64,000 nucleotides of DNA, taken from the NCBI GenBank assembly GCA_033442325.1, contig JAWQFM010000021.1, forward strand, positions 825,189 to 889,188, given 5' to 3'. Source of the stretch: Salpingoeca rosetta. Lineage: Eukaryota > Protista > Choanoflagellata. Below, piece by piece: positions 20,340 to 37,532 of the stretch. The position numbers and the translations under genes are program-made. Within the stretch, counting starts at the first letter, position 1; every line of letters begins with the position of its first letter. The notes beneath the pieces are model-generated. The model ran no database searches. It had not been told where the DNA came from and saw nothing but the letters and a program-made list of their open reading frames with translations.

Positions 20340-20803
20340 GCTGTTGTTGCTGTTGTGATTGTGGCAGTGCGGAGGAGAACAGCTCATCCACAACGCTGTC
20401 CAGTGTGCGATGACGCGTGCTAACGCCCGCCGGCGCTGCTGTTGTAGTTGGCATTGGTGCTCTTGCTGCTGTTGCCTGTAGAGGTGTTGCTGCCGACGTT
20501 TGCTCGAGATGAGACAGTGCCATATTCATCAAAAGTGCGCGCTGCTGTGCCCACGCCGCCTGCTGCTGCGTCTGCTCCTGCTGTAGCCGTTCCACCGCCA
20601 TTGCCACGTTCTTCGATCCGGGTGCACGTGGCATGCTGCCGGTGCTTTTGTTGCTGGTGCTGCTGTTGTTGGCGCTTTTGTTGCTGGTGCTGCTGTTGTG
20701 CTGCGCCTTGCTGGGCGTGATGTCTGTCTGAGTAGGTGCTGGCTTGCTCGACTGACGATGACCCCTGCCACCACGCCGTCGCACAGATGAGAGCAGCGGC
20801 TGG

Positions 20804-20870
<67 letters not shown>

Positions 20871-21457
20871 CTCCTTCTTCTTCTTCTTCTTCTCCTTCTT
20901 CTTCTTGCTGTTGTTCTTGTTTCTGTGCGTCGGTTGACCTGGATGATGGCGGTCGGCGTGTTGCTGTCCCGGGACGCGCTCGCCCCCGCGTCCTACCACC
21001 CCTTACGCCCTCCTCTTCCTCCTCTCCTTCCTCCTCGTGCTGATGGTGATGGTGATGGTGGTCGTGTGAATGTGCTGGCGATTCAGATCCTCGCTCCTCA
21101 TCTCCACCACTTCTGCCGCGCTTGCCGTCAGCGCTGGTGTGTTTGTCACCACCCCCAGCATCCCCGTGTGCATGTGTGTGCGTGTGTTCCGACCCGGGAG
21201 AGTGCTCGCGCTGTGTAACGGGCGCATGCATAGCAAGCTCTGCACCACTATGCTCATCGCCAACAGTGTGCACGTTATCGGGGTGTTGGTCAGGCTCGTG
21301 TTCGTGTGTGTCCGGGTGCTGGCCACCGGGGACATCTGCACCGGCCATCCCACGGATACGACCAGGGGATAGAGACACTGAACGTCGTCGCGGCCGCCCC
21401 ATTTCCGACACCGTCGCGTCGTGGCGCAGCGCATCGGTAGCTCCGCGCTGACCGTGC

Positions 21458-21520
<63 letters not shown>

Positions 21521-22649
21521 CGCTTGCGTTCGAGGGAGCGCGCGTGAGCAGCACCTTCCTCCGCGCGTACAACAGCAGCAGCCTTGCGTCTTTGATGCTG
21601 GTGCGCATACCCATGACCTTTGTCTTCATCACCTGCACCAGCCCTGTCGCCTCGAGGTTGCCCCCTGCCGCTCTGACGTCGTCGGCCACCACCATCATAT
21701 CCTCCTCCTCCACTTTCGAGTTCACCACCGCCATCATCGTCGTCACTGTCGCTGCTATCTGCGGGGTCGATTGGGATGTCCTCATACGTTGCCGGCAGCA
21801 CGTCGCTCTCACCGTCATCAGCAGCTTCGCCATCATGTGATTCGTCCTCGTGATGATGATCGTGATGATCATGATGATAGCGTTGGCGTTCGTGGTCATC
21901 GTTGGGCGCATTTGATGTCTTGACCACCGCGGCTTGAACAGGCGCATCTGCGATGTGTAACGTATCACTGCGCAAAACCAACAACAAGATGGGAACTGTG
22001 AGTGCCAGTGTGTGGTGCACACAAAGCACGTACACCCGCAAGCCCAAACCACACACAACACAATACACCAATGCAACACGCACACGCACACACACACGCA
22101 TACGTACTCTGCTGGTGGCTGAAAATCAGAAGCGGACTGGGACAGGTGAAGGCGTGATCGATGTGCTGGCTGGTAGCTGCGCTGAGAGTGGCCATGCCGC
22201 GGCCGTGTGCTTGCGGCTGAGTTGGACGGTGCGGACGGGGTTGTTGATGTGCGGGCGTATCGATTTGCGGGGCGCGGAGGAGGGCCAGGCCGACCTGCTC
22301 GTGTTGCCGACCCCAACTGTTGGTATTGATGCTGATGCGGCTGCGGCGGTTGTGACAATGGTTGCGACTGCTGGTACCGTTGCTGTGGGCCCGCTGTCGC
22401 TGATGCCGAGAGTGCAGCAGTTGCACGCCTTGACGATGATGATGCTGACGACGCCGATGATGGTGGTAGCGGCTGTCCTCTTCTGCGCCCTTGGGTGTCC
22501 TCTTGAGTTGCCGCATTGATCTTGGCCATGGTCAGGTCACCGATGACGGTGTCGCCAAACTCGCGCTGCAGCTCCTCGACCAGCTCCTTTGTCGTCGAAT
22601 TGCCGCTGCTGCGCGCAGCTCTGAACGATTCCGAAGGCGCCGACATCAT
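18505..22649 (-). CDS. CKK-domain microtubule minus-end binding protein (CAMSAP/patronin-like)
   Basis: Two exons (22649-22108, 21967-18505) join in frame. The C-terminal RSNVVICKNAIQSPACLG...HLVIVLR...KFRGVY...IYGAGPRTVTRDMVARYFRYDSGAKAFKQLP...CDAVAL...WQ is a typical CKK domain. The rest is polyQ/disordered. Confidence 0.87.
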
Positions 22650-22912
22650 TGCTTCTCAACGAAAGAACGAGGCAACGAGCGACAAAGACGAAGCAACGAA
22701 GCAGGAAGACACAGACAGGGAGACAGAGATGGCCAAACACAGAGAGATGGGGGGAAACGAACAGGAGGAGAGGTGGTGCCACGACAATCGCCGTCGTCGC
22801 CCACGTTGCAACTTCCTCCTCAACAACAACGTTCGCCTCCCGCTACCTGCTTCTTGTTGTTTGGGGCGGTTGTTGTTGGGGCGAAAATTTGGCTGGAAAT
22901 ATATGTGAAGAT

Positions 22913-25900
22913 ATGTACCAATCGCCAACAACCGCGATGGCTGGAAGGACAACGCTTCTTGCTGGGATGCTGGTGGTGGTGTTGCTGGTGGTGTTGTTGC
23001 TGGTGGTGTTGGTGGCGCCGCCTGCACTGGCGTCATCGTCGTCGTCGCCGTCGCCGTCGTCGTGGCAGTGCTGTGATGACGGAGCAAAGGCAACACTGGA
23101 GCAGGAAAGACACGAGGCTTTGGATGGGATGAGGGGTGATGCGGCAGCAGCAGTGCCATGGTGCAACTTTGCGCAGAAGTACACGACCTCTGAGCTGGTG
23201 AACGATGCCGGGAGACGGGAACAGTTCATCAAGGACGTCATGCATGCTGAGGGGAAGTTCCACCAGAGCGGCATTGCGTATCATCCAGTGACGGCGATGA
23301 CCTTTGATGGGCACCTTATAGACTACGCGAGCGGGAAGCTGTATCCTGGAGGCCTGCACAACTTCAGCAGCGGCGCCAAGGATGCGCAGCATCTGTCGAT
23401 CCTTGCGCTTGGGTTGGATGGGCAGCCACGTGCGCTTGCATACCTCAACAGCACGCTGAAACAACCAGTGTCCATCCAAGACATTCAATTACACGCCATG
23501 CACCTTATTGACCTCAAGCTGACAGCCCTCGAAAAGTGGAACGCCAGGTGTGAGTGAGTGTGTGAGCGTGCATGAGTGTGTGTGTATGTGCATGAGTGTG
23601 AGTGTGTTAATGAGCGTGTGTGAATGTGTGAATGTGTAAGCGTGTGTGTGTACTGTGTGTGTATGCTCTGTGTGTATGTGTGTGTGTGTGTGCTCTGTCT
23701 GTCTGACTGACTGTCTCTTCTATCTCTATCTATCTCTATCTATCTCTGTACTCTTTGTGTGCATGTGTGTGTGTGTACTTTTGAGTGCTCATTGTGGTGT
23801 GGATATGCGCTTCGTCCAGTTTCCCGGGATACGGCGGCTACCTGCCCTGGTTCTCGCACACGACCAACGGGGATCTCGTGCCAGCACCTGGCTGGTCCAA
23901 CCCATATCGCGTACGCCGCCGCTGCTTCTGCTGTTGCCTCCTGATCGTGGTGCTGGGTGTTGTCGGTGTTGTCGGTGGTGGTTGCTGCACTCGGTGCAGC
24001 AACAACAGCAGCAGCAGCTATTGAACGCCATTGCTGCCTGACTGCCTGTTGTTTCGATGGAAGGCTGGCCACAAGTGACACAACACACATGCCAATGTTC
24101 GCTACTCTCTGGTCTGTAGGTGCCAGCGCTGGACAATGGGGAGTTCTACTGGGGCCTGTATGCCGTGGAGGTTGCTCTGTCCACATCATCACTCCCGGGC
24201 GCGGCTCCACTGGCAGCAAGATGCCGCCGATATTTGCGCTTGCTCCAAGACAACGCCGCCACCATCTTCCTTACACGTTAGTGGTGTGGTGTGTGTGTGT
24301 GTGTGTGTTTGTGTGCGTTTGTGCTTTTGTGTGTGTGTGTGTGGGTGTGTTTGTGCGTGTGTTTTTGTGTGTGTGTGTGTGTGTGTGCGTGTGTGTGAAC
24401 TCTGGGTGCATTTATACTCTGTGCGTGTCTTTATGCAAAGGTAGAGGACGAAGGACAGTGTTTGCGGAGCCACCCATCCCCTCACATGATGCACATGTCA
24501 CCGCCAATGCTCAGACGATGGCAAGACGCGGTGGGTGAGTGAGATTGTGGACGTAACAACTGTGCCAACACGCAGCAACTACCGTGGTTCCGGCGACTAT
24601 GGAGATCCATTTGAGGTGAAACACGCTTTTCCAAGCCATTTAATGCTGCACTGACACATTGGATTGTGTGGCGCGCACATGGATGGGGCTGTTTTTGAAC
24701 ATACAAGCACATTTTGGACTGTGACTTGCATGGCATATAACATTTTGTGATGCGACGTTTTCTGTGTCACATGTGTGCATTGCGCAGGGTGAACTGTTTA
24801 CGTGGGTGCTGTATTGGCACGCGCCGTGGTCAAAGCTGAACCTCTCACGTGATGATCTCTTTCTTCACAAGCACTCTTCCTTGCAAGCCGTCAACTTCAC
24901 CACCAGCACAGGTCTGCTTGTGCAAGTGAGCGGCAGCAGTACTCGTGTATGTGTATGTGTGTGTTTGTTTGTGTGGATATGTTTGTGTTGTGTGAATATG
25001 TTTGTGTTTGTACGTGTGTTAGTGTAGATGTGTATGTGTGTGTGGTGTTTGTATGTGTGTTTGTGGCTGCAACACATCGTACAACGCACCCACCCCACCA
25101 ACGACCATCACCAACTCCACAAACCCATCTCGCTCTGCCGCTGTCACGATGGCAGGCCAGCCCATTACCGTACAGCGTGGGTTCTGGTTCTCTTCCCACG
25201 AGCAGTGGAAGCTGCTTATGCTACCTTATCTGCATCTCCAACGCGTTGCGCGTGTGTTTGCAAACTGTGAGCGCGCCCGCACCGTCAACAGCGCCGAGAA
25301 ACGAATCCCAGGCCTCTACGCATGCATCAACGACGTCACAAATGGTTTGTTTGTTTGTTTGTTGAGCTTGCTTGCTTTGTTTGTTTGTTTGTTTGTCTGC
25401 TTGTTTTTTTGTTCGTTTGTTTGGTTGTTTTCATTCCCTTTCGAGCACGGGTGTGTCTGCGCGATTCCACTTGCTATCATAGGTTTCTTCTGCTAACACG
25501 CACGTGCTCCTCCTGCCTCCCCCCTCCCCACTGCAGGAAGCGAGGCCATTCCCGATTACATTTCGTACACGGGCATCCCCTCGATCGCCATGGAGAACAG
25601 CACGATGTGGCGATATGACGTGGTGTGGAAACACAACGTAGACGCCAATTTGCGCTGCTGCCTGTCGTGCTGTTGTGGCGGTGTGGTTGATTGTGAGTAC
25701 TTCTGCACGCACACACAACTCCCACGTTCACTGTCTTCACATTCACACACATGTGCAGGTGACACCGTATGCTGCGTTTCCCACAACACTCATCAACGAG
25801 ACTGTCGGAGCAGCGTGGTACCACACCATGCTCCTCCCAAACAGGTGTGCATGTGTAAATGGCCGCTGTTTGGTGGTGCAATTATGTTTGTGTTACGTGT

Positions 25901-26499
25901 GTGGTTGTTGGTGGCGGTGACGTTGTTTTTGTACTGGAGTGTGCTGTATGGCGCAAGTTTGGTGGTTCACATGCACGCCACGCGCGCGCATCCCCACGTC
26001 GTCTTTCCCCTTGTCTTTGCCCCCGTGCAGAATGCAGGGCCCATACGGAAGCACAGAAGCCATCAACATCAACGGCACCGAAATCAGTCCGCTCCTCACG
26101 TGGGACGCCAAGTCCCTCACGTGCGTGACACACATATGCCAGTGTGCGTGTGCGTGTGTGTGTGTGCCTGTGTGTGTGTGTGTGTGTGTGTGTGTGCCTG
26201 TGCGTGTGTGTGTGTGTGTGTCATGGAGAACAGACAACTGCGGATGCTGCAATGCTTGCCTCACACCAAACAACACCACATACACACAATGCAGGCCGTT
26301 GGCGTTCATGGGTGGGGTTGCGGATGTGGTTGCAAAGGGGCTGAGACGAGACAACCTGTACAGCAGCTTCTTGAACGTTACCTCCAGCTACTACGCCTCT
26401 GCCTTTGCCACCCCCTTGTCTGGGGAGCACGTGCCATTTGCACTGCCGACTGCCACAGCACCAACAACGCCGCTCTCGCCTTTCACCGCCTGCCGCTGA
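22913..26499 (+). CDS. Secreted endo-beta-1,2-glucanase, glycoside hydrolase family 162
   Basis: Hydrophobic signal peptide, then about 10 in-frame exons: [11 protein letters not shown]...[27 protein letters not shown]|[72 protein letters not shown]. These follow fungal GH162 SGL motifs in order. Confidence 0.88.
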
Positions 26500-26598
26500 C
26501 TTGTCGAAAATTGTACAAAATACACATAATCGCCAAGACTCGACGCGCGCAGGAGCGGAAAAGAGGACACAGCCGCACAGCGTGCAAGGCGTGCGCAC

Positions 26599-26680
<82 letters not shown>

Positions 26681-26746
26681 TACACACACACACTCTCTCT
26701 CTCTCTCATACACGCACACACACGCAGGCACACAAGAGAAAGCGGG

Positions 26747-28136
26747 ATGGCATTGGTGGTGTGTGAGGCGCGGCCGAGCGTGTGCAGTGGCCACTTGTTT
26801 GTGAGAGGGCCATCACACTTGAATGTGAACGTCGTGTCCCAAGATGGACGCCTTGCCGTGGTTGACACGCAGGCCGAGAGACAGCTGGCAACCATCGCTC
26901 TTCCACCGCATGTGAGGCCAAGCGGCCTCGAACGGACCCACCAGGATGAGCACACAAACACATCCACATTCAGGCTGGTCCTGCACCCTTCCGACACACC
27001 GTTTCACAGGAAGCCATCCAGCGTGTCTACGTCTGAAACACGCTCGTCTCAGCAGGTATGTTTGTGCTGCTCTGCATGCATTGGTGTTGAAGACGAGTTT
27101 CTTCTGTGCCGTTGAAGTGCAAACACTATCCTCCTGTGATGAAACACATCTCTACTCGATGCTGAGGCCCCATCGCACTGCACATTGCGCATGTCCCACT
27201 ACTCATGACTCCGTCAACCCTTGACCTTCCCCCGTCTGCCATCAACCGATCTGAGCAGAAGGCGTGTGTCAAGTGTACCACGTGCAAAGCTGCAGTGAGT
27301 CCACCCTTGCAGCCGTATCGACTTCCTTCCTTGCGCTGGCACGAGATCCAGGACTTTGTCAACTGCTGCGAGGATGACCACCACACCCACGTTGATGTGA
27401 GGCTGTGTTGATCTTGCGACCCAGTTGCAGCTTTGTGCGCAATCCATGCGTGATGCCTTTTTATGCAATGGCAGCAACGACACGCACACACACATACACA
27501 CGCACACACTTTCGCATTCACACACACGCATACGCACACGTACACGTGTACATACGTGCCCAGCAACATGCCACGAACGTGTATGTCGTGACCCTGACCC
27601 TGACCTGCGATGGTTGCAATGGCAGTTGAGTGTTCGGATCGGCGAGCACAGCGTGCTCTTTGACGATGAGCAGTTGCTGCTGCAACGTGACCAACTGATC
27701 ACACATGACCGTCAGCCACTCGACACGTCAACGCTCAGCGACGAGGTGCGCCGTCAATCGCACACATATACACACAACTGTACATACACATCAATGAAAA
27801 TGCAGCCAGCGTCGAGAGAGGACAGGCACAACGACACAACTTCTTCAATACCGACTGTGTTACCATCATTATCGCTCCTTGATTCATGCCCCTTCTTCAC
27901 GCATCTGCCTCCCTCCCCCCCCCCCTTCTGCTAGGTTGTGCGATGTGAGCGGTGCCTGGCCAGCATTGGCGCGTGCGCGGTGTTCCAAGGGCAGCCCTGC
28001 GTGTCACTGCACCGCCACGCCGTGCATATGGATGGGGGCGGCCTCCCTGCCATCTCGCTTGTCCACGCTTTCATCGCTGTTGTCCAGGAGCGTATGCGCA
28101 GCTACGGCTGGTCCAAGTTCCTCGTCGTCGTGGTGC

Positions 28137-28215
<79 letters not shown>

Positions 28216-28867
28216 GTGATTGGGTGCACAGTGAACAGTCTCTGTGCGTGCGTGTGTCCCTTTTCCGTTTACTTGACTGTGTTTCATGCGTGTACTCATG
28301 CTGTGACTGATCCGCTTTATGCTGCTGTGTGTCCCCTCTGCTTCTCCGCCTCCCCAATTGCTCATATTCCCATCCTCCAACATCTCAACATGAAACACTG
28401 GCCAGCGCGGCGAGGTGGCCACCAACCCGTCACACCTCCTGCTCTGGATTCCGAGTCCGCACGTGTTGGATGTGGTCACGTGTCTTCTACCGTTGCAAAA
28501 CGAACGCAACCACACACAAGAAACGTCAGTTGTGTGCATGTGTGTGTGTGCATGTGTGCGTGTGTGCGCGTGTGTGTGTGTGCGTGCGTGCGTGTGTGTG
28601 TGTGTGTGCCTGTATGTGCGCGAGTGTGTGCATGTGATGTGGTGTCGGAGCACTGTCCACGAATGATCCTGACGTTTATCGATGCTATGCCACGTGCCTG
28701 TTGAACGATGTCTGATTCACGCTCGCCCTGTCACGCCGGGCTGCTGTGCTCCACCTCAGTTTCTCCGCTCTCAAAGTGCTCTTCAAGCATAGCTTTGCAT
28801 CGCATTCCCCAACCAGCAGCAGCGGTGTGTTGTTTGTGTGTTTGCTAGTTTGTGCTGTCTGACTGAC

Positions 28868-28960
<93 letters not shown>

Positions 28961-29136
28961 GGGAGCTTGAACAATTCCGCAGATCTGATCTCATACGCGC
29001 CACTTCCGGCGTCAGATGTGGTCGCGGCGTGGCACCGAGACGCGACGGTCGCTGAACTCGAAACCACCATGGAGGTGAGGCACTGCCCAACCCCACGCAC
29101 ACATCAACTCAACAGACAGCTTTTGTCTCTGTGCTT

Positions 29137-29214
<78 letters not shown>

Positions 29215-29428
29215 TCACACGCACACACGCACACGCGCTCACTCACTCACTCACACACTCACATCCCATCATTACCCGCTCACTTCGCCTTTTGCTCGTG
29301 GGCAGACGCTGCTTGCGGTCGTGCGTGTGTTGGAGTCCACACACCGCCTCCACCCACCAGCACACCGCGTCATGGCATCATTCCCCGCGGCGTACTTGCC
29401 CCTCGACCACCACCTCACCACAGCGTGA
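26747..29428 (+). CDS. UBE3D: UBE3D / Ipa1-like protein (HECT_2 family)
   Basis: CTTC...LPSLRWHEIQDFVNCC, a second CERC, then AWHRDATVAELE and C-terminal LESTHRLHPPAHRVMASFPAAYL. These parallel the UBE3D LPSENW..WCCH and LPSSLRRVNSFQVAFL motifs. Internal exon boundaries are approximate. Confidence 0.72.
28856..28960. repeat. (TCTG)n tetranucleotide microsatellite
   Basis: Directly visible, within the UBE3D gene span (probably intronic). Confidence 0.95.
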
Positions 29429-29670
29429 TGGTGGTACATTAGTTCGTGGTGATGAGGAAGGCTGGAGCGTGGCCACGCACTGTGGAAGCAGGGGGTTGAT
29501 GTACACGCATGTGCTGGTCGTGTAGGTCACATGTGTGCGGTTGGTTGGCTTGTTGGTTGTATTTGCTCGCTGCTTGTCATTCTTCATTGTCCATTCGTAT
29601 CAATCGGTTAGGCAAGACAGAATAAAACCCCAGAGGCAAGACGACAACACAAAGAAAGCAAACACAGAGC

Positions 29671-29750
<80 letters not shown>

Positions 29751-29766
29751 GGTGAGCGTATGTGCG

Positions 29767-33591
<3,825 letters not shown>

Positions 33592-33867
33592 CTTGCTGGT
33601 TGTGGCGCAGGTGTTGATGGGTCGCTTCTGGGTGAAGGGGCTCACCGCTGTTTGTACTGCTGCGTGCGCTTGTGCTACGATTGAAGGCTTGGCGTGTCGA
33701 TGAAAGTGGACGCTGTGTCTGCACCACAACACCAATCGCATCACCAACACCAGCACTGCGCCAAAAATAAACAGCAGTCCTTCCAACCCCGCCTCGCGTT
33801 TGTCTTCTTCCCATCGAACATGCTTGCTTGCAGTCTATTCTTGCTTCCTACTTCTTTGCAGCCACGT

Positions 33868-33930
<63 letters not shown>

Positions 33931-34093
33931 ATGCACACGCCGCACTGGAAAGCGCAGAACAACAAAGGCCATCCATCATCACTGCTTCCGTCTCAAGGAG
34001 TCCCAATGTGTCTCAAAGACACACACACACACACACACCTTCTTGCCTGTCATCTCATTCACGTGAAGCCATGAACACTCTCTCGTCCCCTCA

Positions 34094-34124
<31 letters not shown>

Positions 34125-34139
34125 CAGGAAGAGCTTGCG

Positions 34140-34971
34140 TCACCGCTTGCCTGCCCTGCGCTGCTTCTTTCCTCGCGCCCGCTTCCCCTTCCTCCTCTTC
34201 CCGCCGAGCTGGACAGCCTGCTTGCTCTTCTTCGAGGCCACCACAAACTGCACGCCGCCATTGGCAGTCATCACCACCCCCGTGTTCCCGCCGTTGCTGC
34301 GGCCCTTCTTGTTCTTCTTGTTCTTCTTCTTGCCCTCCTGCTGCTGCTGGTGCTGCTGCTGCTGGTGCTGGTGCTGTTTGGCCTGGCCACCGCCAACGGT
34401 GCTCACGCCCTCCTCCCTGATCATCTTCAGCTGCTGCTGCTGCATCGCGCGTCTCATCTTCTTGTTCCGCGCACCCGCCGCCCCTCCAGTCGACGATGAC
34501 GCTGCCGCTGCCGCCGCTGCTGTGTCGGACTTGAGAAAGTGGGCTGGGGTGAATTTCCCGCGGAACTGGCCCTGTGCAACCGCACGCACGCGCGCCTTGC
34601 GCTGCTCCAGCCGCTTCTTGCGGGCACGCAGCTGGCGCAGCACAGCACGGGCGGCGGGGATGTGCCGGGCCATGTTCTCCAGCACGCGCTCGTCGTTGGA
34701 CTCATATGTGGGCTCCTGCGGGTTGTTGCACACGCCCAAGGAGCACAGGCACCCGCCCCCGCCCTCTGGCTGGCGGTGGCAGCCAATGCCGGCCTTGGCG
34801 CACGCGCACGTGTCTGGGTTGCACACTTTGCCCTTGCACTTGCAGAACACCTTTTCGCGCTCAGATGCAACGTTGCTGTTCAGCTGCAGCAATCCCTTGG
34901 CCACAGACAACCTATGTTGCTGCGTGTGTGTTTGTGAGTGTGGGCGAGTGTGCGTGCGTGCGTGCGAGTGA

Positions 34972-35020
<49 letters not shown>

Positions 35021-35400
35021 TAAGAGAGTGTGAATGTGAGGGGTTGAGGATGAAAAGGAAAAGGATATGGCAGAGCGAGAGGACGACAGACAGCAACAAC
35101 ACGTTACCAACACCGCTATGATCAGAACAATCACCGTCGCCAAAAGCACCCAGCCAAAGCACCCGCATGCACAAATCGACACGCATACCTTGAGAAGCTG
35201 GCGGCGCTTCTTTGGGCCGAGTCGAAAGTCGAGCTCTTCTCCGCCATCATTCTTCTTCGTCGGGACTTTCAACTGCACCAAAGTCAAGCGAGATGAGAGA
35301 AGAGTGCATAGTGTGTGTGTGTGCGTGGGGTGAGTGGATGTGCACATTCGTTGCAGACAGCCCCTCTGTGATATGAATCACTCCTTCTGTCTCCACTAAC

Positions 35401-35438
<38 letters not shown>

Positions 35439-35772
35439 ACGCACGCACGCACACACACACACACACACACACACAACTCACGGTGCAATCAGCGCAGCCT
35501 GCACAGCGCTCTTTCTTGCAGATGGGTGTGTTGAGTCCAATGGGCACGGACGTGGCTGGGAAGGGCACCACGCTCTCGTTGATGCCGCGCGTGAAGAGCT
35601 GCGCCTGCGAGGCATCTGCAAAGCTCACTCGCCGCTTGTCCTTGCCTACGGCTGCCTTCTTGCCCTTGTCCTGTTTTGGCGTCGCGTTCTTCTTCCCTGG
35701 GCCTTGGTTCTTGGGGCTGCTCGCTGCGCTACCGCTGCCATCGCTGCCTCCCTTCTTGCCCTTGGCAGCCAT
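34140..35772 (-). CDS. CSRNP: Cysteine/serine-rich nuclear protein (CSRNP/AXUD1) homologue
   Basis: Exons 35772-35482, 35272-35189, 34919-34140. RRVSF...FTRGINESVVP...PIGL, LGPKKRRQLLK and REKVFCKCKGKVCNPDTCACAKAGIGC...CLCSLGVCNNP...NDERV match the CSRNP_N domain. Basic C-terminal tail. Confidence 0.8.
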
Positions 35773-35913
35773 GCTGTTGGCGTGCTGCTGTGATGGCGCT
35801 GTGTGATTGTGTGATTGTGTGTGTGTGCGTCGCCATCAAAGCAACACGTGGGTTGTTTTGGTTGTGTTGTTGTTTGTGGCGATTCGCAATTTGGCCGTTT
35901 TTTGTCGCTCATG

Positions 35914-35997
<84 letters not shown>

Positions 35998-36239
35998 CGT
36001 GTGTGTGTGTGTGTGTGGCCAAAGACGCTGCTGCAGGGCACGTTTCACATCTCCAAGTGCGCGAGATTTGGGTTTCATTATGGGGACACAACACACAAAC
36101 GCCGTTGCATGTGCGTGTGTTGGTGAAGGGTGTGTGCGAATGCGCAAGCCACACGATGGCACTCGTAAACGCACGTAATCATGCACATACACGCACACCC
36201 ACGTACTCATACACGCACAGGAGCGCATATGCACCGCCA

Positions 36240-36459
36240 TCACACGGACGTTGGGTCGAGTACGATGCGCTCGATGTTGCTTGACGGGTGCTGGTCAATG
36301 GCGGTGATAATCGCCTGCGCCACGGCCTCTGGCGCCAACATCTTCTCGCGCGGCGGGATGTCCTCTGGCGCACGGCCCCCGCTCCGGTGCGCCTACACGG
36401 GCCGTTGGTGGTGGCATGTGTGTGCGGGGGGGGGGGGGGTTACGCGCAAGTGCACGAGA

Positions 36460-36541
<82 letters not shown>

Positions 36542-36596
36542 GGAAAACGACAGGGAGAGCGTGTGTCTTTAGCTTCTGATTCAAAGACAGCCACGT

Positions 36597-36665
<69 letters not shown>

Positions 36666-36820
36666 GCACGGCTGGAAAGCGCAGAACAAAAAAGGCCATC
36701 CATCATCACTGCTTCCGTCTCAAGGAGTCCCAATGTGTCTCAAAGACACACACACACACACACACCTTCTTGCCTGTCATCTCATTCACGTGAAGCCATG
36801 AACACTCTCTCGTCCCCTCA

Positions 36821-36851
<31 letters not shown>

Positions 36852-37442
36852 CACAAAGAGCGAGCGTGACCGCTTGCTTGCCCGGCGTGGCTTCTTTCCT
36901 CGCGCCCGCTTCCCCTTCCTTCTCTTTCTGCCGAGCTAGATGGACTGCTTGCTCTTTTTCGAGGGAACCAAAAACAACACGCCGGCATTGGCAGTCATCA
37001 ACAACCACGCGTGCGCGCCGGTGCTGCGGGCCTTCTTGCTCTTCCTTCTCTTCCTCTTGCTCGCCTGCCGGTGCTGGCGGTGGTGGCGGTGGTGCTGGCT
37101 CTGTTTGGCTGGCCAGCGACAGCCAAGCTCACGCCCCCCCTCCCTGAACCGACTACAGCTAGGGGGTGGTGGATGGAGCGTGTGTTTTTTCTTGGTTTGG
37201 TGCACCCCACCCGCCCCCCCCCTTCAAAAAAAAAACAGCCTCTGCCTGCCGCTGGCTGTGTCGGGACTTGAAAAAAGAAAGGCGGGGGGGGAATTTTACT
37301 CTCCGAAAGTGACTCTGGGGTAAACCGAACGCAACGCGCGGCNNNNNNNNNNNNNNNNNNNNNNNNNNNNNNNNNNNNNNNNNNNNNNNNNNNNNNNNNN
37401 NNNNNNNNNNNNNNNNNNNNNNNNNNNNNNNNNNNNNNNNNN

Positions 37443-37479
<37 letters not shown>

Positions 37480-37490
37480 ACACACTCGCT

Positions 37491-37532
<42 letters not shown>

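Noticed and set aside
29378-29515. Possible extra sirtuin exon overlapping the UBE3D stop antisense
   Set aside because: The preceding exon already ends in frame at TGA (29767), so no overlap needs to be invoked without transcript evidence.
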